From positions 96,001 to 160,000 of the IMG/VR virus record IMGVR_UViG_3300014204_000114: a DNA stretch of 64,000 nucleotides; one strand, given 5' to 3'. Source of the DNA: a virus (lineage: Duplodnaviria; Caudoviricetes). The position numbers were made by a program, and so were the translations under genes. Below, one piece after another: positions 62,390 to 64,000 of this stretch (positions within the stretch are counted from its first letter, which is position 1; each line of letters begins with the position of its first letter). The notes below the pieces were generated by a model. That model was given only the letters and a program-made list of their open reading frames with translations. It had not been told where the DNA came from and made no database searches.

Positions 62390-64000
62390 TTATATAACAG
62401 TAGGAGTTAAAATCCTGACAGCCATCTCGTCTGTCGATTTAGATATACCAACTCTTAAAGAGACGTCCCCAGCTGTATAACTTGATATATCTAATGTAGC
62501 TGTACCGTCTTTCGCAAGATAATAAACCTGTCCGGCAGTTAAACCAGCTAACCCAGTGACTAACCCTTCTACGCACACGTTTATATTCTCTCCTGAGGCC
62601 ACGGTAGCCAAAGCCATCCCAACTGTCGTGTCGCATGTGTCTATATCATCCGCGCTCGCTACGGCAACTCTATCATCCTGCCCCGAAACAGAATATACGA
62701 AGTCTCCTGCTGACACTGATTCGTATGCCACATAAGGTATAACTGTAGACTTCGCGGAAGCTGCTAGCGCACTTGTAGTCACATAAGTTACAACCGCCTT
62801 TTCTGTTGGAATAGCTAAATCGGAGTTCCCAGCCATTGTCCCATCTGAACTAAACTCATTAATGCGGACGCCGTTCTCTAATTGAACCCCACTATAAGTA
62901 GCGTTTAAAGAGTCGTGATAAGTTGCCCCGCCATCTTTTTGTTTAAAGACGATGTCCTGGCTTGACCCTTCGGTGTCTATAAGTATGCCATTCCCATCAT
63001 ACCCCATTGCCCCGCCGTCAGAGACTAATACAACTCTGTCTCTAAATGTGGCAGAAGTATGATCCGCCGGGTAGCCTAATACGCCTCCTAAAAGTCCATT
63101 AGAATTAGTGACAAGCAGACCCGCGACTGCTCCTACGCCAGACCCAGTATTAACTACATTAATGAAGTATGGCGCAGCAGAATTACCACTTAGTGCCATT
63201 TGTCCATCAGTGCCTAAAGTTACATTATCTAGCCAGCCATTTAGTTCTGTATATTCGCCAGACTTTAAGTGATAATATTCATTCGCTTGGCCGCCCTGGA
63301 GACCAACTAAATCATTATGCGTATCTGGTATCTGCGCGTCTACATAAGTTTTTACGGCTTTTTCAGTCGGGACTGCAGAATCACTATCACCAGCTAAAGT
63401 TCCATCGATACTAAATTCATCTATAGTTGCACCGGACGCCAAAGAGATACCGCTCGAAGTTATAGTAGCTAGAATAGTCAAATCCGTTAGCTCTTGCCAT
63501 TGGCCAGAAGTGACATGATATCTATCGTTTAATGCGCCGCCAGTTAATCCGTCCAAGCTGTTATGGTCGACTATATGCTCAGCTTCAATTACTCCTGACC
63601 CGGCATTAATTCGAGTTACGATCATATTAACGCCGCCCTCAGTATCTACCTGAGTAGCTGTTACATTATGAGGATTAGTATAGTCTGTTATATGGACTTG
63701 GTGCCCCGAAGCTATTTCCTGTAAGGCTCCTTCTGCATTTGAGGAAGAATAGTACCACCCAGAATCTACTATACTTACTCTTGTGGCAGGAACGTCATCT
63801 GCGGTTTCAGCTAGGACCTGAGGGATTGTTACATGATGAGGATTAGCTAAATCAGCTAAGTGAGCTGCCAGTCCGGAAGTAGTGACTGTAGATACGTTAT
63901 ATAAGCCTAGATCTAAAGCTCCTATAGCAGTTTCGAGAGAAGTTCCATTTGTTACATAATGAGTAGTGGAATAAGCCGGGGAAAAATCTGTCGCATCAGC
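62390..64000 (-). CDS. fibre protein, 5'-truncated by the window end
   Basis: The frame stays open from 63625 to 64000, with H..D..NPH.VT repeats. It has the same PTEKA.KTYV and HN.L.GL.GG repeats and a C-terminal DUF2190-like module. Confidence 0.75.
   Translation of the reverse strand, partial: ADATDFSPAYSTTHYVTNGTSLETAIGALDLGLYNVSTVTTSGLAAHLADLANPHHVTIPQVLAETADDVPATRVSIVDSGWYYSSSNAEGALQEIASGHQVHITDYTNPHNVTATQVDTEGGVNMIVTRINAGSGVIEAEHIVDHNSLDGLTGGALNDRYHVTSGQWQELTDLTILATITSSGISLASGATIDEFSIDGTLAGDSDSAVPTEKAVKTYVDAQIPDTHNDLVGLQGGQANEYYHLKSGEYTELNGWLDNVTLGTDGQMALSGNSAAPYFINVVNTGSGVGAVAGLLVTNSNGLLGGVLGYPADHTSATFRDRVVLVSDGGAMGYDGNGILIDTEGSSQDIVFKQKDGGATYHDSLNATYSGVQLENGVRINEFSSDGTMAGNSDLAIPTEKAVVTYVTTSALAASAKSTVIPYVAYESVSAGDFVYSVSGQDDRVAVASADDIDTCDTTVGMALATVASGENINVCVEGLVTGLAGLTAGQVYYLAKDGTATLDISSYTAGDVSLRVGISKSTDEMAVRILTPTVI

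Noticed and set aside
1-64000. Genome-wide TAG recoding implied by the CUA tRNA
   Set aside because: Conserved genes are full length in code 11, and TAG ends several genes at natural boundaries. Reading through the TAG at 26663 adds only five residues.

Overview
This is a 64 kb piece of a large, AT-rich bacteriophage genome in the standard genetic code, probably infecting an anaerobic Gram-negative host (inferred from the class II RNR, a 2[4Fe-4S] ferredoxin and a GT9). Genes run on + from 1 to about 35.6 kb and on - from 64 kb back to about 35.6 kb. The + arm has many small hypotheticals, a SpoVG-like protein, a lytic transglycosylase, an intein-containing NrdJ, RecA, a family-4 UDG, four tRNA or tRNA-like genes and a DnaE fractured into four ORFs with three inteins. 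One intein is naturally split around a free-standing LAGLIDADG endonuclease. The - arm has virion fibre genes, an actin-like ATPase, an 11-gene glycan modification cluster, holin-like genes, Cas4-like nucleases, a primase-helicase, an M15 endolysin, RuvC and a sigma-like factor. The most striking unannotated element is at 20065-20903. A sigma70 promoter appears to drive a leaderless mini-ORF M-K-I-E-F-S-[TAG]-I-Q-R-A-P-P-[TGA], followed by an 8-nt anti-Shine-Dalgarno. It precedes a hypothetical gene, a Pth2-like gene and an amber (CUA) tRNA, which suggests a ribosome-stalling switch that senses amber readthrough. All family calls come from motif recognition by eye; no database searches were run.
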